DNA from: Gemmatimonadota bacterium
Lineage (GTDB): Bacteria > Gemmatimonadota > Gemmatimonadetes > Gemmatimonadales > GWC2-71-9
Length of the DNA: 41,460 nt
Reading direction: 5' to 3'
Assembly: GCA_004357415.1 (NCBI GenBank)
Contig: SMVY01000029.1
Coordinates: forward strand, 1 to 41,460
Shown: in pieces, positions 26,925 to 35,784 of the stretch
Position numbering within the stretch: position 1 is the stretch's first letter
Layout of the letters: each line of letters opens with the position of its first letter
Translations under genes and position numbers: made by a program
Notes under the pieces: generated by a model
The model's database searches: none
Told to the model about the DNA's origin: nothing
Seen by the model: the letters and a program-made list of their open reading frames with translations, nothing else

Positions 26925-29156
26925 GTGATCCGGCACCGGCCCGTTGCCATCGTGCTCCTGTTCGGGGCCGGCCTAGTCGCCGGCCTCTTGCATTTTTGGG
27001 CTACGCTGTGCGCTGTGGCGGTTCTGGGGTTCGTGCTTCGTCGCCGGGCCCGGGCCGCAACCGGAGTCGCCCTGACGGCGCTGGGCGCAATCACCGGGGC
27101 AATTGCCGAAGCCGGCGAAGCCTACAGTTGTCGCACCCGGCTCCCGGCCGGCCGCCAGGAGCTGGTCGTCGAACCGGCCGACCCGGCTCGCCAACACCAC
27201 ACACGAGTACGCCTCAGGCTTCCCGGATTCCCCTGTTCCGGCGTGGTGTCGGGTCGCTGGCCCGAGCGGGCGCTCGAACGGCAGGGACGGGTGCGTGCCG
27301 TCGTGCGGTGGATTCCCCGGCAGGGCGTCCTGGGCCGAGGCGCCGGGACGCTCGTGGTCGAGGACGTCCTCGAGGTATTGCAGGAGCCGGCGGCCATGGT
27401 CCGGTTGCGCCGCTGGATCATGCACACCGTGGCCGACCTGTATGGCCCGCGAGCCGCCATCGTCAACGCCCTCGTGCTCAATCGTAAAGACGGGCTCGAT
27501 CCGGCGGTGCGGGAGGCCTTCGTGCGAGCCGGGTTGGTCCACCTGTTGGCGATTTCGGGGTTCCACGTCGGGGTCGTGGCCCTATGGATGGTGCTGGTGT
27601 GCCGCCTCCTCGGGTTGGGCCGGCGGGCGACGTTCGGGGTTACCACGGTAGCGGTTACGGCGTACGTCGCGCTCCTCGGGTGGCCACCCGCGGCCACCAG
27701 GGCCGCGGTGCTCGCGGTACTGGTGATGGGGAGTCGGATACGGCAGCGTCACGTGTCGTCCGGGGCGATCCTGGCGGTGACGGCGCTGATCCTCCTCCTG
27801 GCGGAGCCGTGGACCGTGGTGCAGGTAGGTGCCTGGCTGTCGGTGGTGGCGCTCACCGGGGTCATGACCTTCGAGCGCTGGGGGCGGACGACCTTGGGGG
27901 GTGGTTGGGTGGTGCGCTCCGTGGCGGCCTCGCTCGGCGCCACGCTGGCCACCGCCCCCGTCACGGCCGCGGTGTTCGGCACCGTTTCGTTTACCGGGAT
28001 CGTGCTGAACGTGGTGGCGATGCCGCTGGTGGCCATCGCCCTCCCGGCGGTGTTCGGCAGCGTGCTCCTCACACCCGCGGTACCGCTACTCGGCGAGGCT
28101 CTCGCAACCAGCGGAGGGCTGTTGCTGGCCGGACTGACGTGGTTGGCCCAGTGGGGGGCAGGTGTGCCCGGAGGCGCTATCGTTACCGCGGCCGGCTGGA
28201 CCGCGGGACTGCCGTGGCTGGGCGTCCTCGGGTTGGCGCTGTGGCTGATGGGGCGCCGCAATACCTCACGGGAGTCCGCCCGCAGGGCGTTGTGGCTGGT
28301 GGCAGGCGCGGCCTGGATGGTGTTGCTGTGGCCGAGCGGTGCTCCTGCCGGGGCGGCCGATCTGACGTTACATTTTCTCGATGTAGGGCAGGGTGATGGG
28401 ATCGCCGTCAGGACGCCCGGTGGCCACTGGGTGTTGGTAGACGGCGGTCCCCGCACCGGGCGGTGGGATGCCGGGCAGCGCACCGTCGTTCCGTTTCTCC
28501 GTCGTCATGGTGTCAGGCGGCTTGACGCGGTGGTGGTGACCCACGCAGACGCCGATCATCTGGGTGGCATTTCAAGTATCGTACGGGCCGTCCCCACGGG
28601 GCTCGTCCTGGAGCCGGGCGGTGCTCCCGAGTCTCCGTTGTACCTCGCCTTTCTGGACGAGCTAGTGGCCGGGGGGGTTCCGTGGCGACCCGGCCGCGCC
28701 GGCGACCGTTTCGTCATCGATGGTGTGATCTTCGAAGTGGTCCACCCCGATACGACTTGGGCCCAGTGGGGCCAAGACATCAACGAAGACTCGATCGTGC
28801 TGCTGGTGCGGTATGGCCAGTTCGATGCGTTGTTGGCGGGCGACATCGGATTCCCGGCCGAACTCGCGCTGCGGGGCCGGATCGGACGGGTGGAGGTGTT
28901 GAAGGTCGGTCACCATGGGTCGAAGGGATCGACCGGTGAGGGTTGGCTCGAGGAGCTTGCCCCCAGCATCGCAATCGTGAGCGTAGGCCGCAACCGTTAC
29001 GGGCATCCGGCGGCCGAGGCGCTCGAGCGGCTCGACCAACATGGCGTGAGCATCTGGCGGACCGACCGGGAGGGGCATATTACCATTCGGACGGACGGTC
29101 GGACCTTCACTGTGACCGGGCGTGGGCGCCGGGAGTCAGGCGCGGCCGTGCAGTGA
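26925..29156 (+). CDS. comEC: DNA internalization-related competence protein ComEC/Rec2
   Basis: Polytopic competence domain plus a C-terminal metallo-beta-lactamase domain (HFLDVGQGDGIAV, VTHADADHLGG, LKVGHHGS). Start is uncertain: in-frame GTG at 26925 avoids the 47-nt overlap implied by the track start at 26865. Confidence 0.88.
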   Translation: MIRHRPVAIVLLFGAGLVAGLLHFWATLCAVAVLGFVLRRRARAATGVALTALGAITGAIAEAGEAYSCRTRLPAGRQELVVEPADPARQHHTRVRLRLPGFPCSGVVSGRWPERALERQGRVRAVVRWIPRQGVLGRGAGTLVVEDVLEVLQEPAAMVRLRRWIMHTVADLYGPRAAIVNALVLNRKDGLDPAVREAFVRAGLVHLLAISGFHVGVVALWMVLVCRLLGLGRRATFGVTTVAVTAYVALLGWPPAATRAAVLAVLVMGSRIRQRHVSSGAILAVTALILLLAEPWTVVQVGAWLSVVALTGVMTFERWGRTTLGGGWVVRSVAASLGATLATAPVTAAVFGTVSFTGIVLNVVAMPLVAIALPAVFGSVLLTPAVPLLGEALATSGGLLLAGLTWLAQWGAGVPGGAIVTAAGWTAGLPWLGVLGLALWLMGRRNTSRESARRALWLVAGAAWMVLLWPSGAPAGAADLTLHFLDVGQGDGIAVRTPGGHWVLVDGGPRTGRWDAGQRTVVPFLRRHGVRRLDAVVVTHADADHLGGISSIVRAVPTGLVLEPGGAPESPLYLAFLDELVAGGVPWRPGRAGDRFVIDGVIFEVVHPDTTWAQWGQDINEDSIVLLVRYGQFDALLAGDIGFPAELALRGRIGRVEVLKVGHHGSKGSTGEGWLEELAPSIAIVSVGRNRYGHPAAEALERLDQHGVSIWRTDREGHITIRTDGRTFTVTGRGRRESGAAVQ

Positions 29157-29302
29157 CCACGCCGTTGATTTGTAGCAGCAGAATTGAACGCCGCGAATAT
29201 TGAATGCCACGAGAATGATGAATGTTGAAATTTTGGACTTCATTTCACTATTCATGATTCACTGGCAATCGTCATTCATAATTGGAAGCGACATCAAACC
29301 AC
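29157..29302 (+). promoter_or_regulatory. AT-rich intergenic island upstream of fbp, dense in TGAAT/ATTCA motifs
   Basis: 29221-29280 is 19/60 G+C by hand count. Contains repeated ATTGAATG, GATGAATG, ACTATTCATG, ATTCACT, GTCATTCATAAT. It is the largest intergenic gap between same-strand genes in the window, so it is probably a promoter/operator region. Confidence 0.45.
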
Positions 29303-30331
29303 ATGGAGCGCGATCACGTGGATGCTGACAGCGGTGTACGGACTATCGAGCGGTTCATTCTCGAACGGGAAAAGGAGATTCCCGAGGCCACGGGTGAGCT
29401 GTCTAGCCTGTTGTACGATATGTGCCTGGCGGCCAAGGTCATCGCCGCGGCGATTCGGCGGGCGGGGCTGGTCGACATCCTCGGCTCGGCCGGCAACATC
29501 AACGTGCAGGGTGAGGAGCAGCAGAAGCTCGACGTCTTTGCCAACGAGGCCATCAAGAATGCCATGGGGCACACCGGGCGGGTCGCGGTGATGGCTTCCG
29601 AAGAGGACGAAGGCCCCATCCCTATTCCCCCCGATTGGCCGATCGGGCGCTACGTGGTCGTGTTCGATCCCCTCGATGGCTCCTCCAACATCGACTCCAA
29701 TTCATCGGTCGGGACCATATTCAGTATCTATAGCCGGGTGACGCAGGACGGCCAGGGCACGCTGGAAGACCTGCTTCAGCCAGGTCGCAAGCAGGTGGCG
29801 GCCGGCTACATGATGTACGGCTCGAGCACCATGCTGGTGTACACCACCGGCCAGGGTGTGCACGGATTCACCCTCGATCCCACGATCGGTGAGTTCGTGT
29901 TGTCTCACGAGGCCATAAGAATTCCCCCTGTCGGCAAGTACTACAGCGTCAACGAGAGCAATTTTGCGCGCTGGGATCGTGGCATCCAGACGGCCGTCCG
30001 TGGCTTCCACGGCGACTTGCCGGAGCGCATCACCGGGAAGAACAGCCGCTACATCGGGTCGTTCGTGGCAGACTTCCACCGGAACCTGATCAACGGAGGT
30101 GTGTTCATGTACCCGGCCGATACCGAGCATGTCAACGGCAAGCTTCGGCTGCTGTACGAGGCCAATCCGATGGCCTTCCTGGTCGAGCAGGCAGGGGGGG
30201 CCGCCACCGACGGCGTGACCCCTATCGTCGACATTGTGCCAGAGTCTCTTCACCAGCGAACCCCGCTCGTCATCGGGTCGCGCGACGACGTGGAGTTCGT
30301 CAGGGCTATCCTCACCGAAGACGACGCCTGA
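29303..30331 (+). CDS. fbp: fructose-1,6-bisphosphatase class 1
   Basis: Motifs [34 protein letters not shown] at 29303 is preferred over the track TTG at 29282. Confidence 0.93.
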   Translation: MERDHVDADSGVRTIERFILEREKEIPEATGELSSLLYDMCLAAKVIAAAIRRAGLVDILGSAGNINVQGEEQQKLDVFANEAIKNAMGHTGRVAVMASEEDEGPIPIPPDWPIGRYVVVFDPLDGSSNIDSNSSVGTIFSIYSRVTQDGQGTLEDLLQPGRKQVAAGYMMYGSSTMLVYTTGQGVHGFTLDPTIGEFVLSHEAIRIPPVGKYYSVNESNFARWDRGIQTAVRGFHGDLPERITGKNSRYIGSFVADFHRNLINGGVFMYPADTEHVNGKLRLLYEANPMAFLVEQAGGAATDGVTPIVDIVPESLHQRTPLVIGSRDDVEFVRAILTEDDA

Positions 30332-31875
30332 TGGCGGATGGCGGCACACGAAAGCCCGTCTACGGACCGGAAGACGGTGGCCGGGCTGATCTCGGGGCAC
30401 CCGGGACGTTCCCCTACGCGCGGGGCGTCTACCCCACGATGTACACTACCCGTCCCTGGACCATGCGACAGTACGCCGGGTTCGGCACCGCCGAAGAGAC
30501 CAACGTACGGTTTCGGCGCTTGCTCGCGGCGGGACAGACCGGCCTGTCGACCGCCTTCGACCTCCCGACCCAAATGGGTTACGACTCGGATCATCAACTG
30601 GCCGCCGGCGAGGTCGGCCGCGTCGGCGTCGCCATCGATACCGTCGACGACATGGCGATGTTGTTCCGTGACATCCCGCTCGATCAGGTATCCACCTCGA
30701 TGACCATCAACGCGACCGCCGCGATCCTCTTGGCCATGTACGTGGTGGTGGGCGAAGAGCACGGCGTGTCGCGGACGGCGCTTCGGGGAACGGTGCAGAA
30801 CGACATCCTGAAGGAGTACGTGGCACGGGGCACCTACATTTACCCCGCTGAACCGTCGCTCCGGTTGGTGACGGACGTGTTCCGCTTCGTCAGCGATCAC
30901 GACATGCGGTTCAATCCCATTTCCATCAGCGGATACCACATCCGCGAGGCGGGAGCCACCGCCGTCGAGGAGGTGGCGTTCACCCTAGCCAATGCTTTGG
31001 AGTACGTGCAGCGTGCCCTCGACGCCGGCGTGCCTCTTGCCGCGTTCGGCCCGCGTCTTTCCTTCTTCTTTGCCGCCCACAACGATCTGTTCGAAGAGGC
31101 CGCCAAGTTCCGCGCCGCACGGCGGCTATGGGCCCGGTTGGCACGCGAGCGATTCGACGCCGACGACGACACCGCCCGGCTGCGGTTCCACACCCAAACG
31201 GGTGGGGTGACGCTACAGGCGCAACAGCCGCTGAACAACATCGTCCGTGTCACCGTGCAGGCGCTGGCCGCGGTGCTGGGCGGGACCCAGTCGTTACACA
31301 CCAACGGCTACGACGAGGCGTTCACGCTCCCCACGGCTGAGGCGGCCACGCTCGCGCTCAGAACGCAGCAGATCCTGGCCCACGAATCGGGTATGACGGA
31401 CACGGTAGACCCGCTCGGTGGCAGCTACTACGTGGAGCATCTGACGGACACGATCGAGCGGGAGGCGCTGGCGCTAGTCGAAGAAGTCGACGCCATCGGG
31501 GGAGCCGCGCGCGCCATCGAGCAGGGCTTCTTCCAGGAGGCCATCGCCCGCAGCGCCTACTCCCAACTCAAGCGGCAGGAGTCGGGGGACGCGGTGGTCG
31601 TCGGGGTCAACCGGTTCACCGACGATGCACCGCCGCCGGTCATCGCCAGTCCGGATTTTGGCGAGCTGGCGCGACGCCAGCGAGCCCGACTCGAGCAAAC
31701 CCGGCGGACACGAGACGCCGCCGCGGCCGGCTCGGCGCTCGCCGAGTTGAAGACGGCGGCGGAGGGGACCGGCGCTCTGATGCCGCCGATCCTCGAGGCC
31801 GTCCGGGCTCGCGCCACCCTGGGCGAGATCAGCGACGTCCTGCGGGACGTCTGGGGTGTCTTCCGGCCCGGCTAG
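30331..31875 (+). CDS. methylmalonyl-CoA mutase family, catalytic (N-terminal TIM-barrel) subunit without B12-binding domain
   Basis: [42 protein letters not shown] and [20 protein letters not shown]. 514 aa, ending before any B12-binding (DxHxxG) domain. The ATG overlaps the fbp TGA by 1 nt. Confidence 0.88.
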   Translation: MADGGTRKPVYGPEDGGRADLGAPGTFPYARGVYPTMYTTRPWTMRQYAGFGTAEETNVRFRRLLAAGQTGLSTAFDLPTQMGYDSDHQLAAGEVGRVGVAIDTVDDMAMLFRDIPLDQVSTSMTINATAAILLAMYVVVGEEHGVSRTALRGTVQNDILKEYVARGTYIYPAEPSLRLVTDVFRFVSDHDMRFNPISISGYHIREAGATAVEEVAFTLANALEYVQRALDAGVPLAAFGPRLSFFFAAHNDLFEEAAKFRAARRLWARLARERFDADDDTARLRFHTQTGGVTLQAQQPLNNIVRVTVQALAAVLGGTQSLHTNGYDEAFTLPTAEAATLALRTQQILAHESGMTDTVDPLGGSYYVEHLTDTIEREALALVEEVDAIGGAARAIEQGFFQEAIARSAYSQLKRQESGDAVVVGVNRFTDDAPPPVIASPDFGELARRQRARLEQTRRTRDAAAAGSALAELKTAAEGTGALMPPILEAVRARATLGEISDVLRDVWGVFRPG

Positions 31876-31905
31876 CCAGGACCTGCTGGTGGGTGCGTGG
31901 CGCCG

Positions 31906-33471
31906 CTACTCCTGTACGTGCCGCTCCAGCAACCACCACACCCGCGGGTCGATCACGATGCGGCGCGGCGCTTGGGCAACCTCCGTTATCACGACCTCTG
32001 TTTCCGGGCCGTCGACGTCAACGACGATGATTCGGTCGTCTACGGCCAGCTCCAGCCCCGGCAGGCGGAAGAACTCCCCGCGTTGTTGCTGGGTGATCCT
32101 CAGCGTCAACTCCTGGGAAGTGGCGTCGTGTGACCAGTTCACGAACACACGCGGGTACCGCGGGAGGCGGAGGGCCTGGTCGAAGTACCACCCGAGGTCT
32201 TGTCCCGACACCGCCTCCATGGTCGCCACGAAGTCAGCGGTCACCGCCGTGCCGTTGCGGTATTGGCGGTAGAAGGCTCTGAGCCCGGCGAAGAAGGCCG
32301 AATCGCCCACCAGGCCCCGCAGGCTGTGCAGCGTCCATGAGCCCTTTTGGTAATTGTTGCTGTTGAGGAGCGTCAGCAGGTTGTCGGGCACCGTGTCTGC
32401 CAGAATGGGAGCCGCCGAGGTAAGCGAGGAGACGACCCGGGCGCGCGCCAGGTCCATCGCTCCATAGAAGGCGTCGGGCCCGTCGGCGTGCCCCTGCCAC
32501 AGGGCGGCCAGATAGGTGGCAAACCCCTCGGACAGCCACAGGTGGTTCCAGTCCCGCGGGGTGACGGCATCGCCGAACCACTGGTGCGCCGTCTCGTGGG
32601 CCACCGTCTCCTCGGACAGCCGCCGTTCGCCGATAGCCTCGGAGCTGTAGAAGATGGCCGTGGCGTTTTCCATGCCACCGAAGATGGTCGACGATTGCAC
32701 GTGGGCCAGGCTGCCGTACGGGAACGGACCGATGAGGTCGCTGAAATAGTCCACCATGCTGCCGATCCGCCGAAACGGTCCGCTCACGGCATACGCCGAG
32801 TCCGCCGGATAGGTCCACACCGACAGGGGAACGCACTTCTGGGCGCAGCCGGCTTCCGGGAAGTCGGTGATGCTGAAGTCCGTGGCACCGATGACCATGG
32901 CGTAGATCGGGATAGCCGCGGCCTCGTGGTAGGTCCACCGGACCCGACCCGTCTCCAGCGTATCCACACTCACCAGTTTGCCGTTGGCGATGACCTCGGT
33001 CCCCGGCGCCGCGTCGATGACGAAGGTAACGGACGCCTTGTCGGACGGATGGTCCTGGGCCGGGAACCAACGCCGGGCCCGATTGGGCCAGTTGTCGGCG
33101 AAGTAACGCGGGGATCCGCCGGGGTACTCGATGATCAGACCGTCATGTACCACACCTCGGTAATGGAGGGTGGTGTGAATGGTATCTCCGCGATCCCCGC
33201 CGTGGTGGACGATGACCGCGTTGCCGTCCCGGTCCCAAATGATGTCTCTGGTGTCGCCGATTGTGGCCCGGGTGACCCTCATGGCGCTGTCGAGATCGAT
33301 CCGCAACGGGCCGGGTCCCCCGAGGACCCAGGTGGTGGTGACACGACCCTCCAGGGTACGCCCAGTGTCCGGCAGGACGATGCCGATGTGGTAGTGCAGG
33401 GCATCGTGGACCGGAGGTGGTCCCCCTGGGTCGAGTGCGGCAATCTGCAAGGCCGTCAGGAGGGTGAGCAT
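31906..33471 (-). CDS. M1-family zinc aminopeptidase (aminopeptidase N-like)
   Basis: HETAHQWFGD (HExxH) plus WLSEGFATY (the E 18 residues on), and GAMEN-like GGMENA. 521 aa with a short N-terminal signal-like segment. Confidence 0.9.
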   Translation of the reverse strand: MLTLLTALQIAALDPGGPPPVHDALHYHIGIVLPDTGRTLEGRVTTTWVLGGPGPLRIDLDSAMRVTRATIGDTRDIIWDRDGNAVIVHHGGDRGDTIHTTLHYRGVVHDGLIIEYPGGSPRYFADNWPNRARRWFPAQDHPSDKASVTFVIDAAPGTEVIANGKLVSVDTLETGRVRWTYHEAAAIPIYAMVIGATDFSITDFPEAGCAQKCVPLSVWTYPADSAYAVSGPFRRIGSMVDYFSDLIGPFPYGSLAHVQSSTIFGGMENATAIFYSSEAIGERRLSEETVAHETAHQWFGDAVTPRDWNHLWLSEGFATYLAALWQGHADGPDAFYGAMDLARARVVSSLTSAAPILADTVPDNLLTLLNSNNYQKGSWTLHSLRGLVGDSAFFAGLRAFYRQYRNGTAVTADFVATMEAVSGQDLGWYFDQALRLPRYPRVFVNWSHDATSQELTLRITQQQRGEFFRLPGLELAVDDRIIVVDVDGPETEVVITEVAQAPRRIVIDPRVWWLLERHVQE

Positions 33472-33565
33472 GGCGTCCTTCGCCGGGTCGGCATGGGGTG
33501 GTGGTTCGTCTTACCACCGGGGATCGATTAGAATCTGGTCTTGGTGCCGTGCCTGAGAAGGTTAC

Positions 33566-35320
33566 ATGATCTTGCTGCTGCTGAGTATCGCCACGTTGTT
33601 ATTGGGTCCCTGGCTCTACCGCATGTGGAGCCAGGGACACGCCCTGTCGTCGGTGGTCGACGGCTTCGTGTTCGTGGCCATCTCCGGCATGGTGCTGTTT
33701 CTCATTCTCCCTGGGTCGGTGGCAAACGGCGGCTGGTACGCCATCCTCTGGGTGGTGGCCGGCGCCTTGGGGCCAACGCTGTCGGAACACGTCTTTCGTG
33801 GCAGCGAGCACCGGTTCCACAACGTCGCGCTGGTGCTGGGTCTGGTGGGGATCGCCTTCCACGGGGTGCTCGATGGCGCCGCGTTGTCGGATGGCGGACG
33901 CGCTGCCGGCGCGTTCCTGCCGCTGGCGGTAGTCCTCCACCGGTTCCCGGTCGGCCTCGCCATTTGGTGGCTGGTGCGCCCCACGTTTGGATTGCGTGCG
34001 GCCACGGCGGTGATCGCCCTGGTCATCGCCAGCACCATCGTGGGCTTTTCCGTCGGCGGCGTAATGCTGGAGCACGCCTCGCTCCGTGCGGTAGCGTGGT
34101 TCGAGGCCTTCGTGGCCGGGGCGCTGATCCACGTGGTGGTTCACCGGCACCAGCACGAAGTGACCCGTGGGGTTAGGGAACGCCGGCTGGAGGGGGTGGG
34201 GGCGCTGATCGGGGTGGCGCTACTCGTTCTCCTGTTGTCTACCGAACCGGTGGTTGGCAGCCCGCAGCCGAGGATGGGATCGGTCTTCCTCGGCCTGGCG
34301 CTCGAGAGCGCACCCGCGCTGGTGCTGGCGTACCTGATGGCCGGATTCATGAGCGTATTGCTGCCGCGATCATCGATAGAGTGGATGCGCCGGGGGTCTG
34401 CCGGGATGCAGGCCCTCCGGGGGATGACGGTCGGGCTCCCCCTGCCGATCTGTTCCTGTGGCGTGGTCCCCCTCTACCGGACCCTGATCATGCGCGGAGC
34501 CCCCATGACGGCTGCCATGGCTTTCCTGGTGGCCACGCCCGAACTCGGCCTTGACGCCATTTTTCTCTCGATACCGCTCCTCGGTGGCACCATGACGGTC
34601 ATCCGGGTGCTCGGAGCGGTGATCGTGGCGCTGACCGTAGGGTGGTTGGTCGCCAAGCTGAGCCCGGGAGTCCCCAGGCGGTCGTTGCCAACCCATGAAG
34701 CTGATGAGGACGCCGCGGATGCGGGTGTCCTCGACACCGTCCGCCGCGCCATGGGGATCGGCTTCGGGGAGGTGGTCGACCATACGGCGCCCTGGATCAT
34801 CCTCGGCCTCATCATCGCCGCCGGGGTCACGCCGATGGTGGAAACGGGGCTGCTGGGGTCGATTCCGCGAGGCCTGGATGTGGTGTTCTTTGCCCTGATC
34901 GGGTTGCCGCTCTACGTCTGCGCTGCGGCGGCCACGCCGCTGGTGGCCGTGCTGCTGGCCGGCGGCGTGTCGCCCGGCGCGGCCCTGGCATTCCTCCTTA
35001 CCGGGCCCGCTACCAACGTGACGACGTTCGGCGTCCTGGCCCAGCTCCACGGCCGGCGTACCGCGGTGACGTTCAGCCTTACCATCATCGGGCTGTCGCT
35101 GCTGCTTGGGTGGATCGTCAACGCGGTCATCCCCCAGGTGTCCGGACTGCCGGTGGCGGAGATGACCCCCGAGGGGGCGTCTCTCCTTCAAACGGTCGCC
35201 CTCGGCATCCTTCTGCTGGCGGTGCTATCGTCAGTGGTACGCCGTGGCGCACGGGCGTTCGTGGGCGAGATCGTCTTCCAGGCGGCTGCTCCTGCGCCCG
35301 CCAGGTCAACTTCGCCCTAG
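33566..35320 (+). CDS. two-module integral membrane permease (ZIP-like N-terminal module + CSCG-motif ArsP/DUF318-type permease)
   Basis: 584 aa and hydrophobic throughout. N-terminal FHGVLDGAAL and LHRFPVGLAIWW resemble ZIP metal-transporter motifs, followed by the His-rich linker HVVVHRHQHE. The C-terminal half carries LPICSCGVVPLYR, typical of the PF03773-type predicted permeases. Confidence 0.65.
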   Translation: MILLLLSIATLLLGPWLYRMWSQGHALSSVVDGFVFVAISGMVLFLILPGSVANGGWYAILWVVAGALGPTLSEHVFRGSEHRFHNVALVLGLVGIAFHGVLDGAALSDGGRAAGAFLPLAVVLHRFPVGLAIWWLVRPTFGLRAATAVIALVIASTIVGFSVGGVMLEHASLRAVAWFEAFVAGALIHVVVHRHQHEVTRGVRERRLEGVGALIGVALLVLLLSTEPVVGSPQPRMGSVFLGLALESAPALVLAYLMAGFMSVLLPRSSIEWMRRGSAGMQALRGMTVGLPLPICSCGVVPLYRTLIMRGAPMTAAMAFLVATPELGLDAIFLSIPLLGGTMTVIRVLGAVIVALTVGWLVAKLSPGVPRRSLPTHEADEDAADAGVLDTVRRAMGIGFGEVVDHTAPWIILGLIIAAGVTPMVETGLLGSIPRGLDVVFFALIGLPLYVCAAAATPLVAVLLAGGVSPGAALAFLLTGPATNVTTFGVLAQLHGRRTAVTFSLTIIGLSLLLGWIVNAVIPQVSGLPVAEMTPEGASLLQTVALGILLLAVLSSVVRRGARAFVGEIVFQAAAPAPARSTSP

Positions 35321-35359
35321 TCCGATTGGTTGGGGGAGGAATTCATCTGCGCCGCCGCC

Positions 35360-35388
35360 TTGAATCTGCGGGGGCGTGACACTAAGAT
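35360..35388 (+). promoter_or_regulatory. candidate sigma70-type promoter for the zinc-ribbon/argS unit
   Basis: TTGAAT (35360-35365), 17-nt spacer, TAAGAT (35383-35388), about 37 nt upstream of the ATG at 35425. Sequence match only. Confidence 0.3.
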
Positions 35389-35424
35389 TTTGCGCCGTCT
35401 GGATCGACCAGCCATGGGATCAGA

Positions 35425-35784
35425 ATGCCGACCTACGAATACCGGTGCTCCGCGGGGCACACGTTTGAGAAACTCGAGAGAATCACCGCCGAACCGTCCA
35501 AGGAGTGCCCGGAATGCGGCGCACCCGCGGCTAGGTTGATTTCGGGGGGGGCCGGTCTCGTCTTCAAGGGGAGCGGTTTCTACATCACCGACTACGGCAA
35601 GGACGGCAAGGGCCCCCGGAAGGCCGAGACCGCCTCGGAATCCGGATCCAAGGACAAGGACAAGGGCAAGGGCAAGGGCAAGGGCAAGGGCTCCGACTCC
35701 AAGACCGGTGGTGGTTCCTCGACTTCCTCTTCGTCTTCCTCGTCGTCATCGTCCTCGTCTTCGTCATCGTCGTCCAGTGAGTGA
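35425..35784 (+). CDS. FmdB-family zinc-ribbon protein (CxxC_CxxC_SSSS type) with KD/KG and poly-Ser tail
   Basis: MPTYEYRCSAGHTFE...CPECG zinc-ribbon signature, followed by the low-complexity tail KDKDKGKGKGKGKG and 18 consecutive Ser. Confidence 0.85.
   Translation: MPTYEYRCSAGHTFEKLERITAEPSKECPECGAPAARLISGGAGLVFKGSGFYITDYGKDGKGPRKAETASESGSKDKDKGKGKGKGKGSDSKTGGGSSTSSSSSSSSSSSSSSSSSSE
35650..35691 (+). repeat. tandem hexanucleotide repeat (AAGGAC)2(AAGGGC)5
   Basis: Read directly: aaggac aaggac aagggc x5, in frame, encoding KDKDKGKGKGKGKG. Confidence 0.95.

Noticed and set aside
29211-29229. Fur-box-like 19-mer GAGAATGATGAATGTTGAA.
   Set aside because: Only about 11 of 19 matches to GATAATGATAATCATTATC, with poor dyad symmetry. 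There is no iron-related gene downstream.
29263-29278. Sigma54-like TGGCA-N-ATTCA element; also TGGCATTC at 40457-40480.
   Set aside because: The -12 element lacks the conserved GC at the correct spacing (TTGC expected 4-5 nt after TGGCAC). The second site does not fit at all.
29215-29328. 37-aa ORF ([37 protein letters not shown]) inside the AT-rich island, overlapping the fbp start in another frame.
   Set aside because: It has no SD and no recognisable family, and it overlaps the well-supported fbp N-terminus. An AT-rich open frame of this length is expected by chance. It remains only a remote leader-peptide possibility.
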